Source of the DNA: Gemmatimonadota bacterium
GTDB taxonomy: Bacteria; Gemmatimonadota; Gemmatimonadetes; Gemmatimonadales; Gemmatimonadaceae
Direction of reading: 5' to 3'
DNA: 42,421 nucleotides
Assembly (NCBI GenBank): GCA_947504615.1
Contig: CANNKR010000001.1
Span: 1 to 42,421 of the forward strand
The stretch's first letter is position 1, and each line of letters starts with the position of its first letter. Under the pieces are notes generated by a model that was not told the origin of the DNA, did no database searches, and worked only from the letters and a program-made list of their open reading frames with translations. Positions 1 through 9,064 of the stretch are shown piece by piece. Made by a program: the position numbers and the translations under genes.

Positions 1-7
1 AGGACAG

Positions 8-58
8 CGAAAAAGCCAAAGGGGGTGTGGCTGCCAGTATGGCTTGCCACACCCCCTT
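8..58 (-). terminator. Rho-independent terminator downstream of the SURF1-like gene
   Basis: Perfect 13-bp stem (19-31 AAGGGGGTGTGGC, 46-58 GCCACACCCCCTT) with a 14-nt loop. Read on the minus strand it is followed by the T-rich tract TTTGGCTTTTTCG. Confidence 0.65.
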
Positions 59-96
59 AAAGGGTTTTGCCGTTCTCCGCGGCCCTCTGCGCACCT

Positions 97-203
97 CCGG
101 TCTCCGCGTTGAACGAACGAATCCCCGCGTTGAAAAAACCGGTCTCCGTGTTGAACGAACGAATCCCCGCGTTGAAAAAACCGGTCTCGGCGTTGAACGA
201 ACG
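97..203. repeat. 42-bp tandem repeat (2.5 copies) with internal 21-bp phasing
   Basis: Unit CCGGTCTCCGCGTTGAACGAACGAATCCCCGCGTTGAAAAAA occurs at 97-138 and 139-180, with a partial copy at 181-203. The core CG(C/T)GTTGAA starts at 105, 126, 147 and 168, and the variant GGCGTTGAA at 189, spaced exactly 21 bp apart. Confidence 0.9.
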
Positions 204-205
204 AC

Positions 206-913
206 CTACGCGCGCTCCAGCACTTGTCGCACCAGCAGCGACCCGCCGATCAGTGCCACCAGCGCAAAGGTGAACCACTGGATCGCGTAGCTCTTGTGCG
301 AGCCGTCGTCGAGCACCGGTTCGCCCAGCCGCACCGGGCGCGCCACGTTCCGGGCGCTGTCGGACGTCAACACCAAATAGTAGGGCTGAATCGCGGAGCC
401 CACGCGCGTCGCCACGGCCGCCGAGTCCAGCGTGCGCACCAGGCGCTGCGCCGGCGGCAGTGGGGCCGTCTCGCGTCCCATCCACGTTTCGGCGTAGCCT
501 ACCACGGTCACCGTGTCGCCTTCGTGTTCGCGCCATTTGGTGAAATCGATGGTGCGGGCATCGGGCGAGTACACCCAGCCGCGGTTGACCATGACCACTG
601 TGTCGTTGGCCAGTCGGAGCGGAGTCAGGACATGCACCCCGGGCGACCCTTGGCTGCTTCGGGTGGCCAGCGCCACCTCGGCGGCGAAGTCGTAAACGCC
701 GCGTGCGCTGACGCGGCGGTAGTGTCCGACCCCTGAATCGGCTGAGAGCGACGTCACCACGACTGGTGGCGCGGCCAGGCGTTCTTCGAGGTGCGCATTG
801 TACGCGCGCCGTTCGCCGAGCCGGCTCAGTTGCCATGCCCCCAGCCACGCGAACAGGGCCGCGCCGGCGAGGGAGAGGATGATTGGGATGAGGGCTTGGC
901 GGGTGAATCGCAT
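206..913 (-). CDS. SURF1 family protein (cytochrome oxidase assembly)
   Basis: Start set at the internal ATG at 913 of ORF 206..1420. The product MRFTRQALIPIILSLAGAALFAWLGAWQLSRL... has N- and C-terminal TM helices and the GxWQxxR-type motif typical of SURF1/Shy1. The longer ORF would overlap the divergent giant gene. Confidence 0.8.
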   Translation of the reverse strand: MRFTRQALIPIILSLAGAALFAWLGAWQLSRLGERRAYNAHLEERLAAPPVVVTSLSADSGVGHYRRVSARGVYDFAAEVALATRSSQGSPGVHVLTPLRLANDTVVMVNRGWVYSPDARTIDFTKWREHEGDTVTVVGYAETWMGRETAPLPPAQRLVRTLDSAAVATRVGSAIQPYYLVLTSDSARNVARPVRLGEPVLDDGSHKSYAIQWFTFALVALIGGSLLVRQVLERA

Positions 914-989
914 GGACGTTCTGCAAGCTAACCGCGACGTCTCCGGCAGGCATCGCCGGGCCGCTTGGAGGGCGCTCACCCCGCATTTC

Positions 990-1045
990 GGGACAAAATG
1001 CCGTTTTCTGCTATAATGAGTGACCCAAATCACATAATATTGTGA
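990..1045 (+). promoter_or_regulatory. Candidate promoter region of giant lipoprotein gene 1
   Basis: AT-rich island in GC-rich DNA. It reads GGGACA (990-995), a 16-nt spacer, then TATAAT (1012-1017). The box CACATAATATTGTGA (1031-1045) recurs upstream of the paralog at 9003-9016. Confidence 0.3.
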
Positions 1046-1094
1046 CAAATTGCCCTCGCGAGACTGGGTAAGGCACCCTACCTTACCAGCCTGT

Positions 1095-4000
1095 ATGGCT
1101 TCCCCCTCCCCTGCTCGCCGACTCGCGCTATTCACAGGACTGCTCACTGCAGTCCTGATCAGTTGCGGTCGTGAAATCACCGGCCCCGGCTCGGTGACGG
1201 TGAATGCGTTCAAGCGCGTCGCCGCATTCTCGTTCAGCCCGCAGTACGAAACGGCAGTGCCCAGTTCAGCGTTGCACGCCGCGCTCACGCAGGTCGCGTT
1301 CGAGCGGGTACGCATTACGCTGCGGCGCGAAGACGGCACCATCGCGCTCGACACGGTGGTGGACTTTCCCGCCGGCGCCGATTCGCTGACGCTCTCGCTC
1401 GTGGTGCCGCTGGCGGCCAATGCGCCGGCCAGCGGCGTGCCGCTGAGCCTGAACCTTGGCTATGTGAATGCCGCCGGTGATACCGTATTCAAGGGCGGCC
1501 CCTTTCCCGTGACGGTCACGCCGTCCACGGGAGGTGCACCGCCACCGCCCGTGCAGGTTCCGGTGCATTACACGGGTACGGGGGCCAGTGCGGCGTCGGT
1601 CGTGATCTCACCGAAGACCGTGAACGGCACGGCGGGACAGACCACCACGTTCAGCGCACAGGCGCTTGCATCCAATGGGCAGGTGATCGCCGGCACGCCG
1701 GTGGTCTTCACCAGTTCCAACGCCGGCATCGTTCGCGTGAATGCCACCACGGGGGCCGCCGACCTGCTGGGGCGCGGCACTGCGCGTGTGTATGCCCAGT
1801 TGTTGACCGGCCTCATCGACAGCGCCACCGTCTCGGTGATTCTGCCAGCTGCGCGTCTCGAACTCGTCTCGGGCAGCGCGCAGACCGCGCCGGCCAGCAC
1901 GACGCTGCCGCAGCCGGTGATTGCGCGGGTGCTTGCCTCCGACGGCGTGGCCGTGTCAGGGGTGACGGTGACATTTGCCGTCACATCGGGCGGCGGATCG
2001 GTGACCCCGGCGACCGCGGTCTCTGCGGCCGACGGGTCGGTGAGCGCTTCATGGAAGCTCGGCAGCACCGTGGGTGCCCAGGCGCTGTCGGTCAGTGCGG
2101 CGGGGCTGACGGGGTCGCCGCTGGCGGTGAGCGCGACGGCATTGGCAGTGACGCCGACGAAGCTCGTGATGGTTGCACAGCCGGCCAATGGCGCGGCCGC
2201 TTCCGCGCTCGGCGCGGTGTCGGTGGCCGCCCAGACGGCTGACGGGGTGACGGTCACGGTGTTCACCGGCGACGTCACGGTGGCGCTTGGTGCCAATCCC
2301 GGGGGCGCAACGCTCGGCGGCACGACGACGGTGAAGGCCGTGAATGGCATTGCCACGTTCTCTGGCCTGACGCTGAACAGGCCGGGATCGGGATACACGT
2401 TCGTGTTCGCCAGTACCGGTTTGACGAACGCCACCTCGTCGTCGTTCAACATCGTCGCCGGCAATCCGGCGAAGCTCGTCTTCTCTGGGATGCCTTCGTC
2501 CGTTGACGTCGGGATCGCCATTGCACCGCCCATTGTGGTGACCGCGCTGGATTCCGACGGGAATACTGTGACGTCGTTCACCGGCGCTGTCACCGCGGCG
2601 CTCGGTGCCAACCCGGGCGGCTCGACCCTCTCGGGCACTCTCACTCGCACGGCAGTTGCCGGTATCGCCACGTTCAACGACCTGTCCGTCAACAAAATGG
2701 GGTCGGGCTACACGTTCACCGCATCGGCCACGGGCTTGGCAAGCGGTACGAGCGCGGCGTTCAACGCGATGCCGGGGGCGCCGGTGGCCATCTCGCTGGT
2801 GACTGGCGGGGGCCAGACGGCAGTTGCTCTTTCGACTCTCGCGCCTGTGGTGTTGAAGGTGCGCGACGCCCTTGGCAATGGCATCGTCGGTGTGACGCTC
2901 ACGCTGGCCGTCGCCACTGGCGGCGGTTCACTGGGCGCGGCGACGGCTGTTACGGACGCAGACGGCGTGGTCACGGTGATGTGGACGCTTGGCGCACCGA
3001 ATGGCGCGCAGAGCATGACCGCTTCGACCGCGGGCCTTTCGACTTTGACTGTCACGGCCACTGCGACCGGCGGTACGACGGACCAGCTCGTCGTGACGAC
3101 GGCACCCGGCACGACGCAGACGGCGGGCGTGGTGTTCACGCCGGGCGCGTTGGTAGCGTACAAGAATGCGGCCGGCGTATTGCAGACGGGCTTTACGGGC
3201 GCGGTGACCGCGAGCGTACTGAACGGCCCGGCCGGCGCCACGCTGCTCGGGACGACGACCGTGAACGCCGTGAATGGCGTTGCATCGTTCAGCGCGCTGC
3301 GCGTGAACAAGGCCGGCACGTACTCCCTGCAGTTCAGCACGAGCGGCGCAGGCAGCGGCAGCACGGCGAGCTTCACGGTCCTCGCGGCCGCGGCCAAGAT
3401 CATCGCGGCCGACAGCGGTCAGGCGCAGACCGGCACCGCCGGCGCGACCTTGGCGCAGCCGCTGGTCGTGTTGGTGACCGATTCGCTGGGCAACCCGATC
3501 GCCGGACGCAGCATCACCTGGGCGGTGGCCACCGGCGGCGGGTCGGTGGACTCGACGACGACGGTGACGAATGCGGCAGGACGCACGCGAGTGCGTCTCA
3601 CACCGGGCGTCGGCGCGAACAGCGTGACGGCGACGAGCGCGGGGCTTGTCGGGTCTCCGTTGACGTTTACGGCGACCGGCACCGGCAGCATCGCGACGAC
3701 AACCGTCACGCCTCACCTCGATACGATCGTCTCGTTAGGTGCGACCTTCGCGCTGGCGGCGCAGGCACGCGATGGTGCAGGCAGCCCGATGTCGGGGACG
3801 TTCACGTGGGTCAGCCGCAAGCCCTCCGCCGTGACGGTCAACAGTGTCGGTGTCGCGACCGCGATAACGTCGAGCGACTCCGCCTGGGTCGTCGCGACGG
3901 AAGCCGGCGGCACGAAAGACTCGGCGCTGATCGTGGTGCAGCAGCGCGTGGCGACGATCAACGTGACGCCCGGGACGCGCAGCATCTACAAGACGCGCAA

Positions 4001-7000
4001 TTACGCCTTCACGGCGACTGCGGTGGACGGCATGGGGAACGTGATGCCTGGCATCACGGCATTCACATGGTCGTCAGTCACGCCCTCTGTGGCGACCGTC
4101 GATACGGCGGGCAAGGTCACAGCCGTTGCGCTGGGCAGCACGCAAGTGCGCGCGGTCAACGGCGCGATCACGGGCGTCACCACCGTCACCGTGCGCACGC
4201 CGATCACGCGCATCATCGTCGGGCGCGATTCTCTGGGGGTCCCGGTCACCGACACGACGTCCCTGACGTCACTTGGCGTTGGCCGGTACTTCCGGGCCGA
4301 GGCGCGTGACACCCTGGACGCAGTGATGACCGGTGTGACGTTCGCGTGGTCGTCGGACAACGGATCGGTGGCGATGATGGATTCCATCACCGCGACGCGG
4401 GCACGCGCATTGTCGAACGCGAACGGGTCCACGAGGATCTTTGCCACGGCCGAGGGCGTCAACACGTATTTCGCACCACTCAAGGTGCAGCAGGTGCTCG
4501 CCGCCATCGAGCTCACGCCGACGCCCGACACCATCGGCGTCACCGGCACGGTGCAGCTCACCGCCCGAGGCAAGGACGCGAACGGACGTTATATCTCGGG
4601 AGGCAGCTTCACGTACGCGTCGGGGACGCCGGCGATTGCCACCGTGTCCGTGGTCGGCGTGGTCACCGGCATCGCGCTTGGTACGGCGAACGTCACGGCG
4701 ACGAGCGGCGCGATCACTTCGAACAACGCGGTGATCGAGGTCAGCACCACGGTGCCGCCGAGGATCTCGTTCGGCCGGGACACGCTGACGGTCGGTCGTG
4801 GGGCCAGCACGTCGATCCCGATCTTCCTGAGCCGGCCCAACACGTCGGCGGTGACGGTCAACCTCGCCGCGCGTGACACGAATGCCTACTTCTCGGTGGC
4901 AAGCGTCAGCATTCCGAGCGGAACGACGGCCGTCAATGTGACGCTGAACGGCCGCAATGCCGGCACGACGCAGATCTACGCCACCGATGGCGGTGGCGGC
5001 GGATTCAGCGGCGACACGGCGGCCGTCGCCGTGCAGGCCAACATGCGCATCGCGCAGACCTCGTGGTCGCTCAATGCCACCGACCAGGTGGCGTCGCAAG
5101 TGCTGCTCTCCGACCCGTCGCCGGCCGGCGGCACGTTCGTGACGTTCACGTACGGCACGGCTGGACGCGCGCAGGTCTCGCCCGATCCGGCGTTCATTCC
5201 GCAGGGACAGCTGGCGTCGAACATCGTGATCACCGCACTCGGCTTGACGAGTGGATCCACGACGATCACGCCTGTGGCGACGGGGGTCAACGGCACGGCG
5301 TCGACTCTCAACATCTCCGCGCCGGTGCTGACCATCAGCGCCGGAGCCGCCGCGACGCTGGGTGCCGGGCAGTTCGAGGGCAACTGGTACGTGTATACGC
5401 CGCAGTACGTGAGCGTCGCCCTGCCGCTCACGTACACGAGCAGCGACACGAGCAAGGTGACGGTCGCTCCGCTCGCGGGCTCCATTCCCGGCGGCCTGTA
5501 CTACCAGTACTTCACGGTCAGCGGCAAGGCGCCGGGCACAGCCAGCGTCATCGTCTCGGCGCCGGGCTGGAAGCCGGACACGCTGTTCATGACCATCTCC
5601 TCGCCGCGCACGATGATCTCCGGCACGACTTCGCTCAACACGACGTCGCCGGTCACATCGCTGACGGTGTACGCCACCGACTCGGCGGGCACCGCGCGCA
5701 ATCGCACCAGTTCGCTTGCGCTGACCATTAGCTCCAGCGACACGAGTGTCATCCAGATCATCGACAAGACGCCGACTATCGCGGCCGGACTGTACTACGC
5801 TGGCGGTATTCGTTACCAGCCCGGCGGCGCGGGCGGCACCGCCTACGTCAAGGTCGTTGCCGGGGGGCACCGGCCGGACTCGATGCTGGTCACGGTCGTC
5901 GGCCCGAAGCTCCAGTTCAGCTGGAACGCCAACCAGGTTGGCACGGGACAGTACGAGCCGAACGTTTACGTCTACACGCCGAACAACGTCGTGAATCCGC
6001 TGACCGTCACGCTCGCGAACTCAGGCAGCACGAAGGCCACGATTCCCGCTTCGGTGACGGTTACAGCGGGAAGCTCTTACGTGTACTTCAATGTCTCCGG
6101 CCTCGACACCGGCGTCGTCACGTTCATCGCGACAGCCCCGGGGTATCAACCCGACACGGCGACCTACCGGATTTCGAGCCCGCGCGTCACGCTCAGCGGT
6201 GGCGGCACGTTCAACAACTTCCGCGCACCGACCGGGTTCACCGTCTACTCCACCGACAGCGCCGGGACGGCACACTACCGCACCGCACCGCTCGCCTTCA
6301 CGCTGCGCTCCACGAACACGGCGGTGCTCACCGTCGACTCGGCCACCGCGACCATCGCGGCCGGTCTCTACTATCACAACACTGCGCGTGTGAGCTTCAT
6401 CGGCATCGGCACAGCGTACCTCGTCGCGGAGGCGCCCGGACACCGGCCCGACTCGGTGCTCTACACCGTACAGACGCCCAAGCTGAATTTCAGCTTCACC
6501 AGTGGGTTGCTCGGCCGGCGGCAGAGCACCACCGCGACGGATTACTACGTGTATACCCCTGACTCGCGCGCGGGTAGCGTTCCGGTGACGATCACCCAGA
6601 CGCGACCGAGCTCGGACTCACTGACGGCCACAGCGCTGACGATTCCGGCAGCGAGCTACTACGCGTACTTCGGCGCGTTTGGGCTCACGCCCGGCGTCGA
6701 CACGCTCATCGCCTCGGCGTCCGGGTACCTGCCCGACACCGCGTTCATCCGTGTTGGGCCACAACGCCTGACCGTCAGCGGCCTGCCGGGCACGGCGCTC
6801 ACCACGAGCCCGTCAGGGAGCGTCACGGTGTACGCAACGGACAGCGTCGGCAATGCGCATTACTCCATGGACACGGTGGTCGTCCGCGTTACGTCGAGCG
6901 ACACCACGGTGATCAAGCCGACGCTGGCGTACGTACGAATTCCGAAGGGGCTGTACTACATCAGCGCCGGCTATTCGTACTTCGGGCCGGGCACCGCCAG

Positions 7001-8294
7001 CCTCACGTTCACCGACTCTGCCGGTTCCGGTTACGGCTCGGTGACCACCAATAGCGTCACCGTCACCGGCCCGTCGCTGATCTTCAGCAACACCAATGCC
7101 ATGTACGGCATGCGGCAGCGCGGTGGCACCAGCGACTACTACGTCTATACCCAGAACAACGTCGCCTCGAATACCACGGTGAATCTGGTCAGCACCGACA
7201 CGCGCGTCGCCACCGTGCCGGCGTCGGTAACGATCCCGGCGGGCTCGTATTACGCGTACTTCACGATCACCGCGCAGGACACCGTCGGCACCATCCAGGT
7301 GCAGGCAACCGCTGTCGGTTTCGGTCCGCCGACGCCCATCAACGTGCAGGTGACGCAACCCAAGTTCACCTACAGCATCAACACCAGCGCGCGCACGACC
7401 CAGGGCCCGCAAACGATCACCGTGTACGCCGCCGATGCCAACGGCACCGCGCACTACGCCACGGAAAACGTGACGGTCGATCTGGCGTCATCGAGCGGTG
7501 CCGTGGCGAGCCTCGATTCATCCACCGTCACGATCCTCGCCGGGAACTACTACCACAACACGTCGCATTGGCTCCCGGTGTCGGTGGGCAGCGCGCAGAT
7601 CTCGGCTACCGACGCCCGCGCCGCGATCTACAAATACAACCCAGCCACCGCCAACGTCGCGGTGACGACCCCTAGCCTGAGCTTCAGCTGGAACGTTTTT
7701 ACACTGGGGCTTGGCCAGTACGTCGATAGCAATTACGACGGAAGTTTCTACGTCACCACGCCAGACTACCAGGCGGTACCGCTTCCTGTCACGCTGTCGC
7801 ACGTTGGCTCGGCGCGCACAACGACGCTCGCCAGCGTGACCATTCCGGCGTCGAGCTACTACCAGTACATTCGGCTCACCGGCGCGGCGATCGGCACCGA
7901 TTCGCTCATCGCGACGACGGCGTCCCCGCTCCATAACGCCGACACGGCCTTCACGGTCGTCGGCCTCGGCCGCATCAACAACATCCTGAGCTGGCCCTCC
8001 GCGTCCATGCGCGTCGGCGACTCGGTCGCGGTGACCCTTCGCACCCTTGACCCCAATGCGGTGAGCGTTCGGCGCGTCGCCGCCGCGACGACCTTTGCGC
8101 TCGCGCCCAACGCAAACATCGAGTTCCGTTCGGGTGGCGCCGGAAGCACGACGATCACCAGCGTGATCGTGCCGGCCGATGGATCGCAGGTCACGTTCTA
8201 CGTCAAGGCACTCGCGAGCGGCAGCGGAACCTCGACCATCACCAATGCGAATTACAACACCTACCTGCCTCCTGCCGTGACGGTGATCCCATGA
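1095..8294 (+). CDS. Giant surface/adhesin-like lipoprotein with Ig-like (Big_1/Big_2-type) repeats and a C-terminal array of about 190-200-aa super-repeats
   Basis: ORF 1050..8294. The ATG at 1095 is preferred because it aligns with the paralog N-terminus. Lipobox LISC-G. Repeated about 100-aa beta-sandwich-like modules include Big_2-like segments around nt 3690-4745. The signpost P-x-L-x-F-S recurs every 570-600 nt from about 5320. Confidence 0.85.
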   Translation: MASPSPARRLALFTGLLTAVLISCGREITGPGSVTVNAFKRVAAFSFSPQYETAVPSSALHAALTQVAFERVRITLRREDGTIALDTVVDFPAGADSLTLSLVVPLAANAPASGVPLSLNLGYVNAAGDTVFKGGPFPVTVTPSTGGAPPPPVQVPVHYTGTGASAASVVISPKTVNGTAGQTTTFSAQALASNGQVIAGTPVVFTSSNAGIVRVNATTGAADLLGRGTARVYAQLLTGLIDSATVSVILPAARLELVSGSAQTAPASTTLPQPVIARVLASDGVAVSGVTVTFAVTSGGGSVTPATAVSAADGSVSASWKLGSTVGAQALSVSAAGLTGSPLAVSATALAVTPTKLVMVAQPANGAAASALGAVSVAAQTADGVTVTVFTGDVTVALGANPGGATLGGTTTVKAVNGIATFSGLTLNRPGSGYTFVFASTGLTNATSSSFNIVAGNPAKLVFSGMPSSVDVGIAIAPPIVVTALDSDGNTVTSFTGAVTAALGANPGGSTLSGTLTRTAVAGIATFNDLSVNKMGSGYTFTASATGLASGTSAAFNAMPGAPVAISLVTGGGQTAVALSTLAPVVLKVRDALGNGIVGVTLTLAVATGGGSLGAATAVTDADGVVTVMWTLGAPNGAQSMTASTAGLSTLTVTATATGGTTDQLVVTTAPGTTQTAGVVFTPGALVAYKNAAGVLQTGFTGAVTASVLNGPAGATLLGTTTVNAVNGVASFSALRVNKAGTYSLQFSTSGAGSGSTASFTVLAAAAKIIAADSGQAQTGTAGATLAQPLVVLVTDSLGNPIAGRSITWAVATGGGSVDSTTTVTNAAGRTRVRLTPGVGANSVTATSAGLVGSPLTFTATGTGSIATTTVTPHLDTIVSLGATFALAAQARDGAGSPMSGTFTWVSRKPSAVTVNSVGVATAITSSDSAWVVATEAGGTKDSALIVVQQRVATINVTPGTRSIYKTRNYAFTATAVDGMGNVMPGITAFTWSSVTPSVATVDTAGKVTAVALGSTQVRAVNGAITGVTTVTVRTPITRIIVGRDSLGVPVTDTTSLTSLGVGRYFRAEARDTLDAVMTGVTFAWSSDNGSVAMMDSITATRARALSNANGSTRIFATAEGVNTYFAPLKVQQVLAAIELTPTPDTIGVTGTVQLTARGKDANGRYISGGSFTYASGTPAIATVSVVGVVTGIALGTANVTATSGAITSNNAVIEVSTTVPPRISFGRDTLTVGRGASTSIPIFLSRPNTSAVTVNLAARDTNAYFSVASVSIPSGTTAVNVTLNGRNAGTTQIYATDGGGGGFSGDTAAVAVQANMRIAQTSWSLNATDQVASQVLLSDPSPAGGTFVTFTYGTAGRAQVSPDPAFIPQGQLASNIVITALGLTSGSTTITPVATGVNGTASTLNISAPVLTISAGAAATLGAGQFEGNWYVYTPQYVSVALPLTYTSSDTSKVTVAPLAGSIPGGLYYQYFTVSGKAPGTASVIVSAPGWKPDTLFMTISSPRTMISGTTSLNTTSPVTSLTVYATDSAGTARNRTSSLALTISSSDTSVIQIIDKTPTIAAGLYYAGGIRYQPGGAGGTAYVKVVAGGHRPDSMLVTVVGPKLQFSWNANQVGTGQYEPNVYVYTPNNVVNPLTVTLANSGSTKATIPASVTVTAGSSYVYFNVSGLDTGVVTFIATAPGYQPDTATYRISSPRVTLSGGGTFNNFRAPTGFTVYSTDSAGTAHYRTAPLAFTLRSTNTAVLTVDSATATIAAGLYYHNTARVSFIGIGTAYLVAEAPGHRPDSVLYTVQTPKLNFSFTSGLLGRRQSTTATDYYVYTPDSRAGSVPVTITQTRPSSDSLTATALTIPAASYYAYFGAFGLTPGVDTLIASASGYLPDTAFIRVGPQRLTVSGLPGTALTTSPSGSVTVYATDSVGNAHYSMDTVVVRVTSSDTTVIKPTLAYVRIPKGLYYISAGYSYFGPGTASLTFTDSAGSGYGSVTTNSVTVTGPSLIFSNTNAMYGMRQRGGTSDYYVYTQNNVASNTTVNLVSTDTRVATVPASVTIPAGSYYAYFTITAQDTVGTIQVQATAVGFGPPTPINVQVTQPKFTYSINTSARTTQGPQTITVYAADANGTAHYATENVTVDLASSSGAVASLDSSTVTILAGNYYHNTSHWLPVSVGSAQISATDARAAIYKYNPATANVAVTTPSLSFSWNVFTLGLGQYVDSNYDGSFYVTTPDYQAVPLPVTLSHVGSARTTTLASVTIPASSYYQYIRLTGAAIGTDSLIATTASPLHNADTAFTVVGLGRINNILSWPSASMRVGDSVAVTLRTLDPNAVSVRRVAAATTFALAPNANIEFRSGGAGSTTITSVIVPADGSQVTFYVKALASGSGTSTITNANYNTYLPPAVTVIP

Positions 8295-8833
8295 TGAGCA
8301 CCCAGATGCCGCCGCGAACCGTTGCGATGCGCACCGCGGTGATCACGCTCGCGCTGGCATCGGCCAGCATCCTCGCCGCACAGGGCGTCCCAATTGCAAC
8401 GCGAGCCCCGCGCGACTCGCAGCCCGCGCTGCGCGTGCCCGTGTCGCCCAGTCGCCCGCCGTCTGCGGTGGCCCCGCGCGGGCCGGCCCGAGCCGTGCAG
8501 GCGCGTGCCATCGCGGACTCGGCGCCACGGACCATGCAGTCGCCCAGCCTGCCCGTCGACTCAGTGCGGCCCGCACCGGTCCCGCTCAACGTCATCGATC
8601 CGCGCCGGGCGCCTCCGGCACAGGCGGCACCGCCCACCCCGCGCTCAACCCGCGCCATCGTCGCAGAACCGCGTGTCGCGCCGGCCTCCGACGTCCCGCC
8701 CGCCAACGCCACAGCGCGGTGCAAGGACGGCACGTTCCTGGTCGCTCCGGTCGAGCAGAGCAACTGCACCGATCACGGCGGCCTCGCGGTGGTGTTTCCT
8801 CAGCATCAGGTACCGAGACGCCCCCAGCCGTAG
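8291..8833 (+). CDS. Secreted Pro-rich protein with a C-terminal DUF3761-like Cys motif
   Basis: The ATG overlaps the upstream TGA as ATGA (8291-8294). It has a signal peptide (MRTAVITLALASASILAAQG), a long Pro/Ala/Arg-rich linker, and the C-terminal motif ARCKDGTFLVAPVEQSNCTDHGGLAVVF (DUF3761 pattern C-x-DG-T...C-x-x-HGG). Confidence 0.7.
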   Translation: MMSTQMPPRTVAMRTAVITLALASASILAAQGVPIATRAPRDSQPALRVPVSPSRPPSAVAPRGPARAVQARAIADSAPRTMQSPSLPVDSVRPAPVPLNVIDPRRAPPAQAAPPTPRSTRAIVAEPRVAPASDVPPANATARCKDGTFLVAPVEQSNCTDHGGLAVVFPQHQVPRRPQP

Positions 8834-8859
8834 GTTCCACGCCCCATCCGACTACGCGC

Positions 8860-8883
8860 GGCCTGTGACCCACGTCACAGGCC
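8860..8883 (+). terminator. Hairpin downstream of the DUF3761-like gene
   Basis: Perfect 10-bp stem GGCCTGTGAC / GTCACAGGCC with a 4-nt loop, followed by GCATTGGCTTTGG (a weak U-tract). Confidence 0.4.
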
Positions 8884-9064
8884 GCATTGGCTTTGGTCAC
8901 TCGCGAGGCAGGGCCGACCCCCGTACCTTATGGGGCGGTTGACGAATCCTTCGGCCCCCCTCGCTGGCGCGATGCCATTAGGGATTCGTCCTCTAGGTAG
9001 TCCACATTATTGATGAGCGCGGGATGCCGACGGCGGCAGCCCGCGCGTAGCCCGCATCCGCTCA

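Noticed and set aside
97-203. Possible CRISPR array, considered for all the tandem repeat loci (97, 14141, 16034, 18473, 27481)
   Set aside because: The repeats are contiguous, with no unique spacers, and the units are 7-42 bp. No cas genes are present in the window.
206-1420. Full 404-aa minus ORF extending the SURF1-like gene upstream
   Set aside because: The N-terminal 169 aa lie antisense to the start of the giant gene, and the same shadow sequence recurs at 9007..9375 antisense to the paralog. The SURF1 homology begins at the internal ATG at 913.
4269-5870. 533-aa minus ORF and many other 100-440-aa ORFs on both strands inside 1095..14080 (for example 2981..4309 +, 1568..2695 -, 10997..12082 -)
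   Set aside because: Their products are Arg/Gly/Asp-rich or Ala/Val/Thr-rich and low in complexity, typical of off-frame or antisense translation of GC-rich coding DNA. They are fully embedded in the two giant genes, which have clear domain structure.
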